Assembly: GCA_039090665.1 (NCBI GenBank)
Contig: JAWCSL010000006.1
Coordinates: 1 to 44,067 of the forward strand
Length of the DNA: 44,067 bases
Direction of reading: 5' to 3'
Source of the DNA: Candidatus Aenigmatarchaeota archaeon
GTDB lineage: Archaea; Aenigmatarchaeota; Aenigmatarchaeia; CG10238-14; SCSR01
Made by a program: the position numbers and the translations under genes. A model generated the notes under the pieces. That model saw only the letters and a program-made list of their open reading frames with translations, did no database searches and had not been told where the DNA came from. Below are positions 19,770-29,259 of the stretch, one piece after another (the stretch's first letter is position 1; each line of letters opens with the position of its first letter).

Positions 19770-21032
19770 ATGAAAATAATAGCCGATTTTCACATCCACT
19801 CATTTTTTAGTAGAGCAACTAGCAAGCAAATGAATTTAAATGGTATTAGTGAAGGGGCAAAAATCAAAGGTTTAAACTTGGTCGGCACTGGTGACTTCAC
19901 TCACCCAAAGTGGCTTGAAGAATTGAAAGAAAAATTGGAACCTGTAGAAAACAGTGGATTTTTTGAATTTAACAATGTTTTGTTTACTTTGACTACTGAA
20001 GTTGCAACTTATTTTGAATTTGAAGGTATGATTAAAAGGGTCCATCATGTTATTCATGCTCCAAGTTTTGAAGTTGCTGAACAAATAATTGATAGTTTGA
20101 AAAAATATGGTGATTTAAGCTCTGATGGTAGACCGGTTTTAAATTTAAGCGCAGCACATCTTGTAGAAATTTTAATTCAAATCAGCAAAGACATTTTAAT
20201 TTATCCTGCACATGCTTGGACTCCTTGGATGAGCTGTTTTGGAAGTAAATCAGGCTTCAATTCTTTAGAAGAATGTTATCAAGACCAAATTAACCATATC
20301 TTTGCTTTGGAAACTGGTTTGAGCAGTGATCCAGCAATGAACTGGAGATTGTCTTCGCTTGATGAAGTTACTTTGCTTAGCAATAGTGATTCTCATTCAC
20401 CACACCCATGGCGCTTGGGAAGGGAAGCAAATGTTTTTGATTTAAAAAAGATAACTTATTGGGAAATACTCGACATAATTAAAAATAAAGATGAAAAAAA
20501 GTTTTTGTACACTATAGAAGTCGATCCGAACTATGGAAAATACCATTTTTCTGGACACAGAAATTGTGAAGTGTGTTTGCATCCTAAAGATGCTATCAAA
20601 TTGAGCAACATATGTCCAAGATGTCATAGAAAGCTTACTATTGGTGTTTTGCAAAGAGTTGAAGAACTAGCTGACAGGCCGGAAGGTTTCGTGCCAAAAA
20701 ACACAATTCCTTTCAAAACTTTGCTTCCATTATACGAAATAATTTCTTTTGCTTGGGGCACTGGAGAATTATATTCAAAAAAAGTTTTGGAAGAGTATAA
20801 CAAGCTGATAGAAAAGTTTGGAAATGAGCTCAATGTTTTACTTGAAGTGCCAAAAGAAGAATTGCTAAAAGTTACTAATGAAAAAATTGCCGATGCTATA
20901 ATAAAAGTTAGGGAAGGAAAAGTAAAGTATCAACCGGGGTATGATGGAAATTACGGTAAGCCCATTTTTGATTCAAATTTTGAAATCAAAAAACAAAAAT
21001 TTTTGTCTCAAAAAAATTTAAGCGAATTTTGA
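19770..21032 (+). CDS. endonuclease Q family (PHP domain plus Zn finger)
   Basis: DFHIHS..SRATS, GTGDFTHP, ETGLSSD, SNSDSHS, GKYH..GHR.C..C, CPRC, PGYDG.YG. Confidence 0.88.
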   Translation: MKIIADFHIHSFFSRATSKQMNLNGISEGAKIKGLNLVGTGDFTHPKWLEELKEKLEPVENSGFFEFNNVLFTLTTEVATYFEFEGMIKRVHHVIHAPSFEVAEQIIDSLKKYGDLSSDGRPVLNLSAAHLVEILIQISKDILIYPAHAWTPWMSCFGSKSGFNSLEECYQDQINHIFALETGLSSDPAMNWRLSSLDEVTLLSNSDSHSPHPWRLGREANVFDLKKITYWEILDIIKNKDEKKFLYTIEVDPNYGKYHFSGHRNCEVCLHPKDAIKLSNICPRCHRKLTIGVLQRVEELADRPEGFVPKNTIPFKTLLPLYEIISFAWGTGELYSKKVLEEYNKLIEKFGNELNVLLEVPKEELLKVTNEKIADAIIKVREGKVKYQPGYDGNYGKPIFDSNFEIKKQKFLSQKNLSEF

Positions 21033-21533
21033 AATGTTTTCATTTTTGTAAATTCCAGAATAAAGATGTTTTGTTGGTTTGCTCAGCTTAAAGAAAACAA
21101 ACTGTGCCACTCTTGCATTTTTCTTTATTTTTATTCCATTCTTGTTAAAAACAACGAGCAAACTATTGCTTCTTCCACGATATCCTGGATCCCAAAGAGA
21201 AGAAACTATAGTTGCTCCCATCCTGATAAGAGAAGACCTTGATCTTACAAAAGCCATTAAGTCGCTCGGCATGTTCACGATTTCATTGAAAGTTATTATA
21301 TAGCAACCTTGCTTGAGTTTGATCCAACCTTGCTTAAATTCAATTTTTTCCAGTTCTGGTAATTTCCTCTCTTGATTTGAGAAATCTATTTTCCCAAAAT
21401 TTTTCAAGCTATAAACTTCTCTTAGAGTCAAATCAAAACTTGATGGCTGCAACTGCACTTCAAGATCAATAAATTCTTCTATAAGCTTATCTTTCTTTAT
21501 TCTTTCTAGAATTTCTTCTCCAGATAAAATCAT
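21018..21533 (-). CDS. trimeric dUTPase / dCTP deaminase family protein
   Basis: QPSSFDLTL, RSSL.R, WDPGYRG and RVAQF motifs. Confidence 0.88.
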   Translation of the reverse strand: MILSGEEILERIKKDKLIEEFIDLEVQLQPSSFDLTLREVYSLKNFGKIDFSNQERKLPELEKIEFKQGWIKLKQGCYIITFNEIVNMPSDLMAFVRSRSSLIRMGATIVSSLWDPGYRGRSNSLLVVFNKNGIKIKKNARVAQFVFFKLSKPTKHLYSGIYKNENISKFA

Positions 21534-21566
21534 GAATTAAATTTATAGGTTCAAATAAATATTATT

Positions 21567-21648
21567 GGGTCCGTGGTCTAACGGTAGGACGCCAAAATTG
21601 CGGAACCCTCACACGGTGGAGAATTGGGTTCAACTCCCAACGGACCCA
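21567..21648 (+). tRNA. tRNA-Val(CAC) with 11-nt intron at 29/30 (21595-21605)
   Basis: Acceptor GGGTCCG/CGGACCC; removing AAATTGCGGAA restores CCACC/GGTGG; relaxed BHL (CGC:GCG, AGG:CCT). Confidence 0.9.
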
Positions 21649-21688
21649 CTTCTCCAAAAATTTAATAGAGCAAAACAATTTTGTTTTT

Positions 21689-22462
21689 ATGCTAGAGCAA
21701 TTGAAAGACTTTTTAAACTTCCTAATCATGCCACAACCACATTACACTCTCTTAAACACTCTTGTATATTCGCTTGGTTTTGTTTTAACTTCTTACCTTT
21801 TCTTCCTATTTTTAAAAAGAATGAAAATTAAAGTAGATAGAAATTTGGCTTTGGCTTTCATTCCTTTCATACTTCTTGGTAGCTGTTTAAGAGTTTTTGT
21901 TGACGCAAACATCTTTGAAAGCATTTTTTTGGTTACTCCTTTAATTTATCTAACAATCGGCTTCCTTTTTTCTTTAATTTTGTTTTTTTCAGTTCTATTC
22001 CAGAAAAAGTTCAAAACACCTTATTTCAAAGTAACTCTTCTTGTTGGAATTTTATTATCTCTGCCCGTCTTAGCAATTCTTTTAATTAAAGTCATAAATC
22101 TGCTTTCTTTATTGCTTGTTTCAATTTTTTTATTACCTTGGTTAATATTGCTAAAAGCTGTGAGATGGAAAAGAGAAAACAAAGCTGTTTTTTTAGTTCA
22201 AACTTTTGATGCTACGGTCACTTTTGTTGGAATAAGTTTCTTTGGTTATGAAGAGATGCATGTGTTGCCAAAATTTATAATCAAATTTTTTACTCCCATA
22301 TCTTTCATATTTTTAAAGGCTCTCGTAGTTTTACTGATTTTAACGCTACTAGATAAATTGAGGGGGAAAAAAGAAATCAAAAATTATGTCAAACTTATGA
22401 TAGGTGTTCTAGGTGCTTCAACAGGAATTAGAGATCTTTTCAGACTTCTCCTCTTAGTTTAG
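21689..22462 (+). CDS. DUF63 family membrane protein
   Basis: 'Y...NTLVY', 'PFILLGS.LRV..D', 'FDA..TF.G', 'Y.E.HVL', 'G.RD..R'. Confidence 0.75.
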   Translation: MLEQLKDFLNFLIMPQPHYTLLNTLVYSLGFVLTSYLFFLFLKRMKIKVDRNLALAFIPFILLGSCLRVFVDANIFESIFLVTPLIYLTIGFLFSLILFFSVLFQKKFKTPYFKVTLLVGILLSLPVLAILLIKVINLLSLLLVSIFLLPWLILLKAVRWKRENKAVFLVQTFDATVTFVGISFFGYEEMHVLPKFIIKFFTPISFIFLKALVVLLILTLLDKLRGKKEIKNYVKLMIGVLGASTGIRDLFRLLLLV

Positions 22463-23559
22463 TATTGATAAATTGTTAAGGTGACTTCTTCGAGCAAATA
22501 AGATCCTCCCTTTTCTGTAGAAAATGAAATTGTGTTTATGCCAGGATTGAGCTCAATTTTTTCACCAAGTCTTTCAACAAGATAATATGGTGGTACATCT
22601 TCGTAAACTGTTTTGCCGTTTATTTTTATTATCAACTTTGCTTGCTTTTGGGGCAAGCCCATTTCATATTTTTTTGCAAAGAGGGAAATTTTACCATCTT
22701 TATAATTCTTGACTTCAAATTCTTCAAGAGAAAAGTTGAATTCCCTGAAAATTGTTCCATTGTATTCAACCACAAATCTCACCAACGCTATTTTGTAAAA
22801 AGAACTTGACCAGAAAACAAAACCCGGAGTGTTAGTTTTCAAGAATACTGAATTTGATTTCTTGATCAATTCTTTTGGAATTTCCACTATCACTTCCCCG
22901 ACCCCAACTTTTTTATCAAAAATATTATTGTCATTAAATTCAACTCTCAAATTTCCTAAAGAGTTTGTTTGATCTACAATTATTTGCAAATAACCTCTTG
23001 AAATCAGTGGAAGCTTTTCTTCTGGAATTAAAGCAGCAAAACTTGATGGAAATTCGGAGAAATAACTTTTTTCAACATTAAGATTTGTTCTTTCTGCAAT
23101 AGTTTCTTCACCAATAATGTAGCCAACTGAAAAATCACCAAATGAAATTGGAATTGTATTTTCTTTTGTTTGTGTAGACACATCAACCGAAATTGGAATT
23201 ATTTTCTTGAAGCCTAGAGCTTCAACATAAATTTCGCCCCAATGTGTGCCATAAGATGCTGAAAGTGGAACATTCACAAAAACTTTGACTTTATCTTCTT
23301 TTTCTACATTCAGTTTGCTTCTTTCAAAACTTATCCAACTAGCAATTTCTCCAGAACTTCTCAAACTTATGTTGTATGCCGTGCCGTTAATGAAAATGTA
23401 GAAAGATGAAGAAGATCCCCTTGCTATTGTCAAATGTTTCGATTCTGGCATAACTGTTATTTGAGTTGATGCTTGAGAACTCCAAACAACAACCAAAATA
23501 CCTATGAGGATTAAACCTGCTAAAAGAATTAATGCGAACTCGTCTATTTGACCTTTCAT
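22459..23559 (-). CDS. surface protein with class III (prepilin-like) signal peptide
   Basis: MKG-QIDEF followed by a hydrophobic helix; beta-rich body. Confidence 0.65.
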   Translation of the reverse strand: MKGQIDEFALILLAGLILIGILVVVWSSQASTQITVMPESKHLTIARGSSSSFYIFINGTAYNISLRSSGEIASWISFERSKLNVEKEDKVKVFVNVPLSASYGTHWGEIYVEALGFKKIIPISVDVSTQTKENTIPISFGDFSVGYIIGEETIAERTNLNVEKSYFSEFPSSFAALIPEEKLPLISRGYLQIIVDQTNSLGNLRVEFNDNNIFDKKVGVGEVIVEIPKELIKKSNSVFLKTNTPGFVFWSSSFYKIALVRFVVEYNGTIFREFNFSLEEFEVKNYKDGKISLFAKKYEMGLPQKQAKLIIKINGKTVYEDVPPYYLVERLGEKIELNPGINTISFSTEKGGSYLLEEVTLTIYQY

Positions 23560-23601
23560 CAAAAGTCCCTTAATTTAAATTATGTTTGAAAAAGAATAAG
23601 T

Positions 23602-23793
23602 TTATTTTAGCTCTTTCTTTTTCAAAGAAGTTATGTAGCCTGCCACTATATTCCTTATTCTTTTCGAATTTATGTCAACTAGTTGAGAAACAATTTTTTT
23701 GTTGGTTTCGAAATCTGTGGTGAATTTATCAGCATTTTCCTCCAATAAATTTCTTGCTATTTTCTTGATAAAAGAAGTTTTTATTCTTCCCAT
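23602..23793 (-). CDS. rps17e: 30S ribosomal protein S17e
   Basis: MGRIKT..IK, F..DF..NK and RN.VAGYIT motifs. Confidence 0.95.
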   Translation of the reverse strand: MGRIKTSFIKKIARNLLEENADKFTTDFETNKKIVSQLVDINSKRIRNIVAGYITSLKKKELK

Positions 23794-23804
23794 AGAATCA
23801 CTGG

Positions 23805-24371
23805 CTATGGTGTCAATCGCTTGATCTCATAATAAGTACAATCATTCTCCCTATCGACAACTGCCCACACGAAAGTAGCTCTTATGTTATGAGCGAGCCT
23901 TACTGCTCTTGACATTTCTGGTAAAGAAAAAGCAGATTCTTCTGGGACTGCATGGACAACAAATTTCGTGTGTTCATGTGGTGCTTTTGGACCTCTAATG
24001 AGCTTCACACCCCTCTCGTAAACTCTGAAATGAGCCCCGAATTTAAAGCCCGTTTTAACTAAGTAACCCCTTTCTCTCAAGTCACGATAAACCACAAACT
24101 GGGGATGAAACTGATTGACTATTTTCGTTGAAATTTCCAACATCTCTTTCAAATCTATGTACCTCTTCTTATTTTCTTCTTTTACAAAAACCTTGATTTT
24201 TCCTTTCTCCAAAAGATAAGCCGCTTCCACCAATTCTAACTCAAGTCTTTGAGGATTTTCCTCAGGAACAGGCTTACCGTAACCAGAATCATCATAAAGT
24301 CTAACAGCATCTCTATCCCAAATTATTACCCTATTTTCTATTAACTCTCCTTCCCAAATCTTTTCCATCAT
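23805..24371 (-). CDS. endA: tRNA-splicing endonuclease, single-unit catalytic-type subunit
   Basis: LEL.LVEAAYL, VYRDLRERGY.VKTGFKFG.HFRVY and VRLAH motifs. Confidence 0.93.
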   Translation of the reverse strand: MMEKIWEGELIENRVIIWDRDAVRLYDDSGYGKPVPEENPQRLELELVEAAYLLEKGKIKVFVKEENKKRYIDLKEMLEISTKIVNQFHPQFVVYRDLRERGYLVKTGFKFGAHFRVYERGVKLIRGPKAPHEHTKFVVHAVPEESAFSLPEMSRAVRLAHNIRATFVWAVVDRENDCTYYEIKRLTP

Positions 24372-24413
24372 ACAACTATTTTACTTTATTAGGTTTTAAA
24401 AACTTTTCTAGAA

Positions 24414-24926
24414 TCAGACCAAGATTTTCTTCCAACAACTTTGGCAGAACTCTTTCTTTTTCCTGTCCACATCGCCGACTGTATTTGAAAAACTCATCAC
24501 ACATGTTGAAATTGTACAGTGGTCTAAACCAAGCATATGACCAACTTCATGAACTGCTTCTTTGACTGCCCTTTCCATCAAAATTTTTTCATTAGGAGCT
24601 TGCTTGTAGAAAGTGGGGTCAAGCCTATGGATCGAAACAACAGCATAATTTCCTGGACAATAAGCTTGACCAAAAACAAAGTTCAGAGATTCAGCATAAA
24701 GATCTTTATCAGTTATCCCCAAAACTTTGCCTCGAAATCTTTCTGACAAGAACTTAAGCACAAGTGGTGCTGGATATTGATGACGAAGTGAATTGTAAAT
24801 TTCTTTTGGAATTTCCATTGGTTCTGTTGTTTCTGTAATCAAGTTAAGAGTTTCTCTCAATTCTGAAGTTATTGCAGTCAAAATATTTTCTGGAATTTTG
24901 CCAAGTTGAACAATTGTAATTTTCAT
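24414..24926 (-). CDS. amzA: archaemetzincin
   Basis: NFVFG.A, HEVGHMLGLDHC, CVMSFS and FC..C motifs. Confidence 0.92.
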   Translation of the reverse strand: MKITIVQLGKIPENILTAITSELRETLNLITETTEPMEIPKEIYNSLRHQYPAPLVLKFLSERFRGKVLGITDKDLYAESLNFVFGQAYCPGNYAVVSIHRLDPTFYKQAPNEKILMERAVKEAVHEVGHMLGLDHCTISTCVMSFSNTVGDVDRKKKEFCQSCWKKILV

Positions 24927-24956
24927 AAGTAATAATTAAGAATTCAATTAAAAAAA

Positions 24957-25045
24957 TGGGACGGGTGGGATTTGAACCCACAACACATCGCTCTTCAGGC
25001 GATCTAGAGCCAAATGGTTGCTCTCCCGGGTTGAGCTACCGTCCC
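24957..25045 (-). tRNA. tRNA-Phe(GAA) with 15-nt intron at 26/27 (25004-25018)
   Basis: Acceptor GGGACGG/CCGTCCC; stem ATCGC/GCGAT; BHB AGAG:CTCT with inner CC:GG pairs. Confidence 0.88.
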
Positions 25046-25071
25046 TCGATTTTATTTATTGGTTTTTAAAT

Positions 25072-25755
25072 TTATTTCTTTAACCTGTACTTTATCCCTT
25101 CTTTGATCACAAAGATCAAAACACCCAAAACCATTCTCAAGCCTCTTAGAATTCCTGAAATTTTATTGTAAGTTATTGTCACAGGAACTTGTGCTATTTT
25201 TAATTTATTTTTTACAGCCGAAATCAGCATTTGATCTTCAAGAATATAGCCACCATGAATATCATCTTTAATTTTTTCCATAGCTTTTCTAGAAAATGCA
25301 ACAAATCCGCAATTTGTATCTTCCATCTTTTGACCAAACAAAATATTGAAGCTCGTCCTCCAAATGTAGTTTCCAAGCCTATGTCTTAAAGGTACTTTCG
25401 ACCAATCTCTTTTTCCCATCACGAAGTCTACTTTCTCTTCTTTCAAGACTTTGATAAATTTTGGCACATCTTTTATTTTGTATTGTCTGTCCGCATCTGC
25501 AATTATGATGTAGCTAACATCTTTTCCCTTCAAATAATTGAAGCCTGTTTTTATAGCTTCACCTTTACCTTTATTCTTTTCATGTCTCAAAACAATAACA
25601 CCAGACTTTTTTGCAATTTCAAAAGTCCTGTCTACAGAGCCATCGTCAATCACAATTATCATCGAATTAGGCAAGAATTTCTTAGCTTCGCTTATAACAC
25701 TTTTTATATTTTTCTCTTCATTGTAAGCTGGTAAAATTAAAGCTACTTTGTTCAT
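25072..25755 (-). CDS. GT2 glycosyltransferase (Dol-P-sugar synthase/DPM1-like)
   Basis: PAYNEE, DDGS.D, N.GKG, DAD.Q and DT.CGF motifs. Confidence 0.88.
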   Translation of the reverse strand: MNKVALILPAYNEEKNIKSVISEAKKFLPNSMIIVIDDGSVDRTFEIAKKSGVIVLRHEKNKGKGEAIKTGFNYLKGKDVSYIIIADADRQYKIKDVPKFIKVLKEEKVDFVMGKRDWSKVPLRHRLGNYIWRTSFNILFGQKMEDTNCGFVAFSRKAMEKIKDDIHGGYILEDQMLISAVKNKLKIAQVPVTITYNKISGILRGLRMVLGVLIFVIKEGIKYRLKK

Positions 25756-25802
25756 TTAACTCTTATTCAATTTAAGAGTTTACCTTTTAAAAGTTAAAAC
25801 TT

Positions 25803-26900
25803 TCAATCTAAGAAATCTTTGTTCTTTATTTTTTCTGGAAGATACTTATCAGAAATAAAGGTTATTCCTTTTGAAGAGAGTGCAGCCAACTCAGCTTTTG
25901 CTGCCATTTCTTTCATCATTTTAAATTGCCTTTGCCATTCTTTGTTATTCTTAAACCACTCGTAATTTTTTATTTGCTCCAGTCTTTTGAAATCAATTTC
26001 TTTAAACTTTATCAAATGTTTCTTCAAATCATAATTTTCTACATCATCAGCCGTCAAGCCCAAAAATTTCGCTTCCGGAATTGCAAGTCTTTCTGAAATA
26101 TGGGCTAAAGAAATAGAACCAAATTTAATAACAGAATAAATATAAAATCCCCAGGGATCGAAATCCGTCAAGACATAAATCGGTAAATTATGCTCTAAGT
26201 GAAGCCTTTGAAGGAGCCTTCTCACTCCTCTTGTTGCTTGTCCTTGAGAACTAACAATTACACACTTCAATTTCTCCCACACTCTATCTTCATGCAACCT
26301 TTCCCATTCAGCAGCTTTCTCCATGTAGATCACAAATTTTGCATCAACTCTCTTGAAAACTATGTCTTCCACATTTGATGGTATGCTCCAACCTCCAGAG
26401 CCAAGCTTGCTCCAATCAACAATATCTCCCTTATCTTCAATCACTACTTTTCCAGCAACAGAACCCATTTTATTCGCATTTATGTGGAGCTGCTCTCTTG
26501 AAGCATCAACTATTAGTTCCAAGTCTTCTATTGCTTCATTTGACTCTGTTTGCTCATCAACGAGATTTATATTTGATCCTGGCAAAGTTCTTTTCATTCT
26601 ATAAAAAGCTTCTCTCAAACTCAAATGTTTATTCACTTCTAACAATTCTTTCGAAAGGGCTGCCGCTTCTACAGTTTGTACAAACTTCCTTACATGGGCT
26701 ATGTTGAAAAAATATCTTTTGGCTGTTGCATTCCCTAAAACAAGCATTTTTGTTTTTTCATCAAACTTGACATTACTCAAAGCTCTTATTGGAACATCTA
26801 GACTTGGATTCCTTCCATTTTTAATATCATCCAAAATCTTTTTGCCTAAGTTCTCAAGACGCTTCTTCACTTCCTCCTTCTTCTTTTCCACTTTCTTCAC
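25803..26900 (-). CDS. top6A: DNA topoisomerase VI subunit A
   Basis: LRE.FY catalytic Tyr region, EK, GQ..R..R and DFDPWG TOPRIM motifs. Confidence 0.95.
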   Translation of the reverse strand: MKKVEKKKEEVKKRLENLGKKILDDIKNGRNPSLDVPIRALSNVKFDEKTKMLVLGNATAKRYFFNIAHVRKFVQTVEAAALSKELLEVNKHLSLREAFYRMKRTLPGSNINLVDEQTESNEAIEDLELIVDASREQLHINANKMGSVAGKVVIEDKGDIVDWSKLGSGGWSIPSNVEDIVFKRVDAKFVIYMEKAAEWERLHEDRVWEKLKCVIVSSQGQATRGVRRLLQRLHLEHNLPIYVLTDFDPWGFYIYSVIKFGSISLAHISERLAIPEAKFLGLTADDVENYDLKKHLIKFKEIDFKRLEQIKNYEWFKNNKEWQRQFKMMKEMAAKAELAALSSKGITFISDKYLPEKIKNKDFLD

Positions 26901-28437
26901 CTCTTTTAATCATTTTTTCTAATTCTTCAATTATTTTTTGTTTTTGTTCTCCAGTTAATTTTTCTAAAGATTCCGCAAGTTCTGGTATGTATTTTCCAAA
27001 CAATTCTTTTCTCATTTTTAATTCTCTTTCTCTTCTTATTTGTCTAACATAGCTTGCGAGCTTTCTCCCAGCATCTTGAAGAGCAAGCTTAACTTCACGA
27101 ATAATTTCTGGATATTTTGCTATAGCTTGTTTTCCTTCAGAAGTGAAAGGAACCCAAACTGAAGCAAAGTGTATAAAAATAACTAAAGGTCCAACTGGTA
27201 GCTGACCTTGAGATTGTGATAAGCCGTAGCGACGAAAATCTGTTTCTATTGCTGCTTCAGTTAAAGCACAGTCTGCTTGATGATATAGCAATGGGACTTT
27301 GTTGGCAAATCTCAAGAGTTGAGCTGTTTGGTCTTGTGGTAAATTGCCCCCATAAGCTAGACCACATTCAACTTGAAAAGGATTGCCACGATAGACACTG
27401 GGTGGTCTTGTGACAGCAACCACATATTCAGCACCTGTTTCTTTTTTCAATCCTTCCATTATAAGCTTTTCGCCTAAAGGAGAAAGACAGTCTGTTGGAG
27501 GAGCGATGAGCTTGACTAACTGCATAGCTTTATGTAGCCTTTCTGATTCTTCATGTGTTAATTGTTGTGGTTTTCTATTCAATTCAAGTTTTGCTAGTTT
27601 ACAAATTTGTTCGGCTGATCTCCTTCCAACCCTACAAAATTCAGAAGTCAAAAATTGCAAAAGAGTTTTTGTTTTTGTAGTTGAAAGCATTCTCCTTAAG
27701 AGACCAATCTCAACACCATAAGGATGTGGCTTAATTTCTTTTGGTTGCTTTGGCATTTCATTAATAGTTCTTTCAAATTCAATTTTGCCATTTGGCCCAT
27801 CAAAAATTATTCTAGCATATGGATTTGCGATTGCTGTTTGCCTGAGATATTCAGGAACTGATTGCGCTCTTTCAACATATTTTCCTTCAATTTCCATTTC
27901 AATCTTAACACCATGCCATTTGTTTGGATTTTTCTCCACTTTATGTGAAACGATTATTGGCTCATTCTTAGTAACATCTATCATTAGCTCGAAAATGTGA
28001 ATGTCTTTTCCGGTACTCGTTGTTATTTTTGTTGGCTTACCTGTGGTAAGTTGAGAATATAGAACTGCACCGTGAATTCCTAGGCCTTGAACACCTCGTG
28101 ATTGTCTTAGCCTATGGAATTTTGACCCATATAAAAATTTACCAAAAGCATAAGGAACTTTTGATTCAACTACACCAGGTCCGTTATCTTCAATCACGAC
28201 TTTAAATCTCTCAGCATTTGTTGGCTTAACAACAACTTTTATTTCTGGTAAAATCCCTGCCTCCCCACAAGCATCCAAAGAATTATCAACACCTTCCTTT
28301 ACTACAGTCAACAAAGCTTTCGCAGGATTTTCGTACCCAAGTAAGTGTCTATTTTTCTCGAAAAATTCTGCTACCGAAACTTCTTTCATATCTTTTGCCA
28401 TTTTTTCTGCTATGCTTTCTTCAACCATATTGCTCAT
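26854..28437 (-). CDS. top6B: DNA topoisomerase VI subunit B
   Basis: EFFEKN..LLG, KE.VDNSLDA, EDNGPG, QSRG.QG.G, RFANKVPLLY and VPFTSEGK motifs. Confidence 0.96.
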   Translation of the reverse strand: MSNMVEESIAEKMAKDMKEVSVAEFFEKNRHLLGYENPAKALLTVVKEGVDNSLDACGEAGILPEIKVVVKPTNAERFKVVIEDNGPGVVESKVPYAFGKFLYGSKFHRLRQSRGVQGLGIHGAVLYSQLTTGKPTKITTSTGKDIHIFELMIDVTKNEPIIVSHKVEKNPNKWHGVKIEMEIEGKYVERAQSVPEYLRQTAIANPYARIIFDGPNGKIEFERTINEMPKQPKEIKPHPYGVEIGLLRRMLSTTKTKTLLQFLTSEFCRVGRRSAEQICKLAKLELNRKPQQLTHEESERLHKAMQLVKLIAPPTDCLSPLGEKLIMEGLKKETGAEYVVAVTRPPSVYRGNPFQVECGLAYGGNLPQDQTAQLLRFANKVPLLYHQADCALTEAAIETDFRRYGLSQSQGQLPVGPLVIFIHFASVWVPFTSEGKQAIAKYPEIIREVKLALQDAGRKLASYVRQIRRERELKMRKELFGKYIPELAESLEKLTGEQKQKIIEELEKMIKRGEESGKEEGGSEEAS

Positions 28438-28915
28438 CCGCTAACTTCCTAAAAACTGTACCATGTTTTCTTCCTTGCAATAAACTTTCCACAGCCCTTT
28501 TTGCTTTTTGCACATCTTCCCACTTTCCAATTATTGAGACTGTTTTACCGTAGATTGCAATTTTAACATTTGTATATTTTTCTATTAATTTTTTTGCTTT
28601 TCCCTTTCTACCTATTACTCTTCCTTTAACCACAATCATTCTGTTCTTCGATTTTCCAGAAAAATCTTGTATGTTTATTGTTTCTAAACAATATTCTTCG
28701 TCCAATAAATTTAACGCGTCTTCAAAATCAAATCCTCTTCCAAAAGCTTTAATCACTTCTTTTAATCTCATCAACAAAAAAGGGTCTTCACATTCTATTG
28801 AAATTTCTTCATTTATATTTATGTTACAATTTGTCAACATTTTCAACTTTCTTGAATAATCCTTTTCTTTAAAAATCTTCAATCTTTCTTCAGGAATTTT
28901 AATTAAACCCATCAT
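28421..28915 (-). CDS. KH-domain rRNA-processing protein (Dim2/Pno1)
   Basis: KA.GRGF, KGRVIG..GK, GKTV.IIG and G.KH..V motifs. Confidence 0.9.
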   Translation of the reverse strand: MMGLIKIPEERLKIFKEKDYSRKLKMLTNCNININEEISIECEDPFLLMRLKEVIKAFGRGFDFEDALNLLDEEYCLETINIQDFSGKSKNRMIVVKGRVIGRKGKAKKLIEKYTNVKIAIYGKTVSIIGKWEDVQKAKRAVESLLQGRKHGTVFRKLADEQYG

Positions 28916-28920
28916 TTTAA

Positions 28921-29244
28921 CTACTCTATTTGGAGATTTTTCACATAACCCTTTCTTTTAAGCCAATTGACCTGAGTTGGAGTGTACTTGAAGATTATAT
29001 CTCCTCTTTCATTGCTCTGAACTTTCCATGGTTGAACCAAAACCAAATCACCAGCACTGACCCAAACTTTTTTTCTTAGTTTACCTGGAATTCTACAAAT
29101 TCTTGTGTTACCATCATCACAAATCACTTTAAGCTTATCTCCACCAAGCATCATTTCTACTGCACCAAGAACTTCTCCTTCTTTTGGAATTCTAATTCTG
29201 GCTATTTCTAATTCTTCTTGTGTTGGTTCATATTTTTTTGCCAT
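28921..29244 (-). CDS. eif1a: translation initiation factor aIF-1A
   Basis: MLGG....V.C.DG..R.CRIPGKLRK.VW...GD.V.V.PW. Confidence 0.95.
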   Translation of the reverse strand: MAKKYEPTQEELEIARIRIPKEGEVLGAVEMMLGGDKLKVICDDGNTRICRIPGKLRKKVWVSAGDLVLVQPWKVQSNERGDIIFKYTPTQVNWLKRKGYVKNLQIE

Positions 29245-29259
29245 TTTTACCACTTCCAC

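Noticed and set aside
21565..21831. 88-aa ORF here, and the 62-aa ORF at 29996-30184
   Set aside because: Both read through tRNA genes and are shadow ORFs
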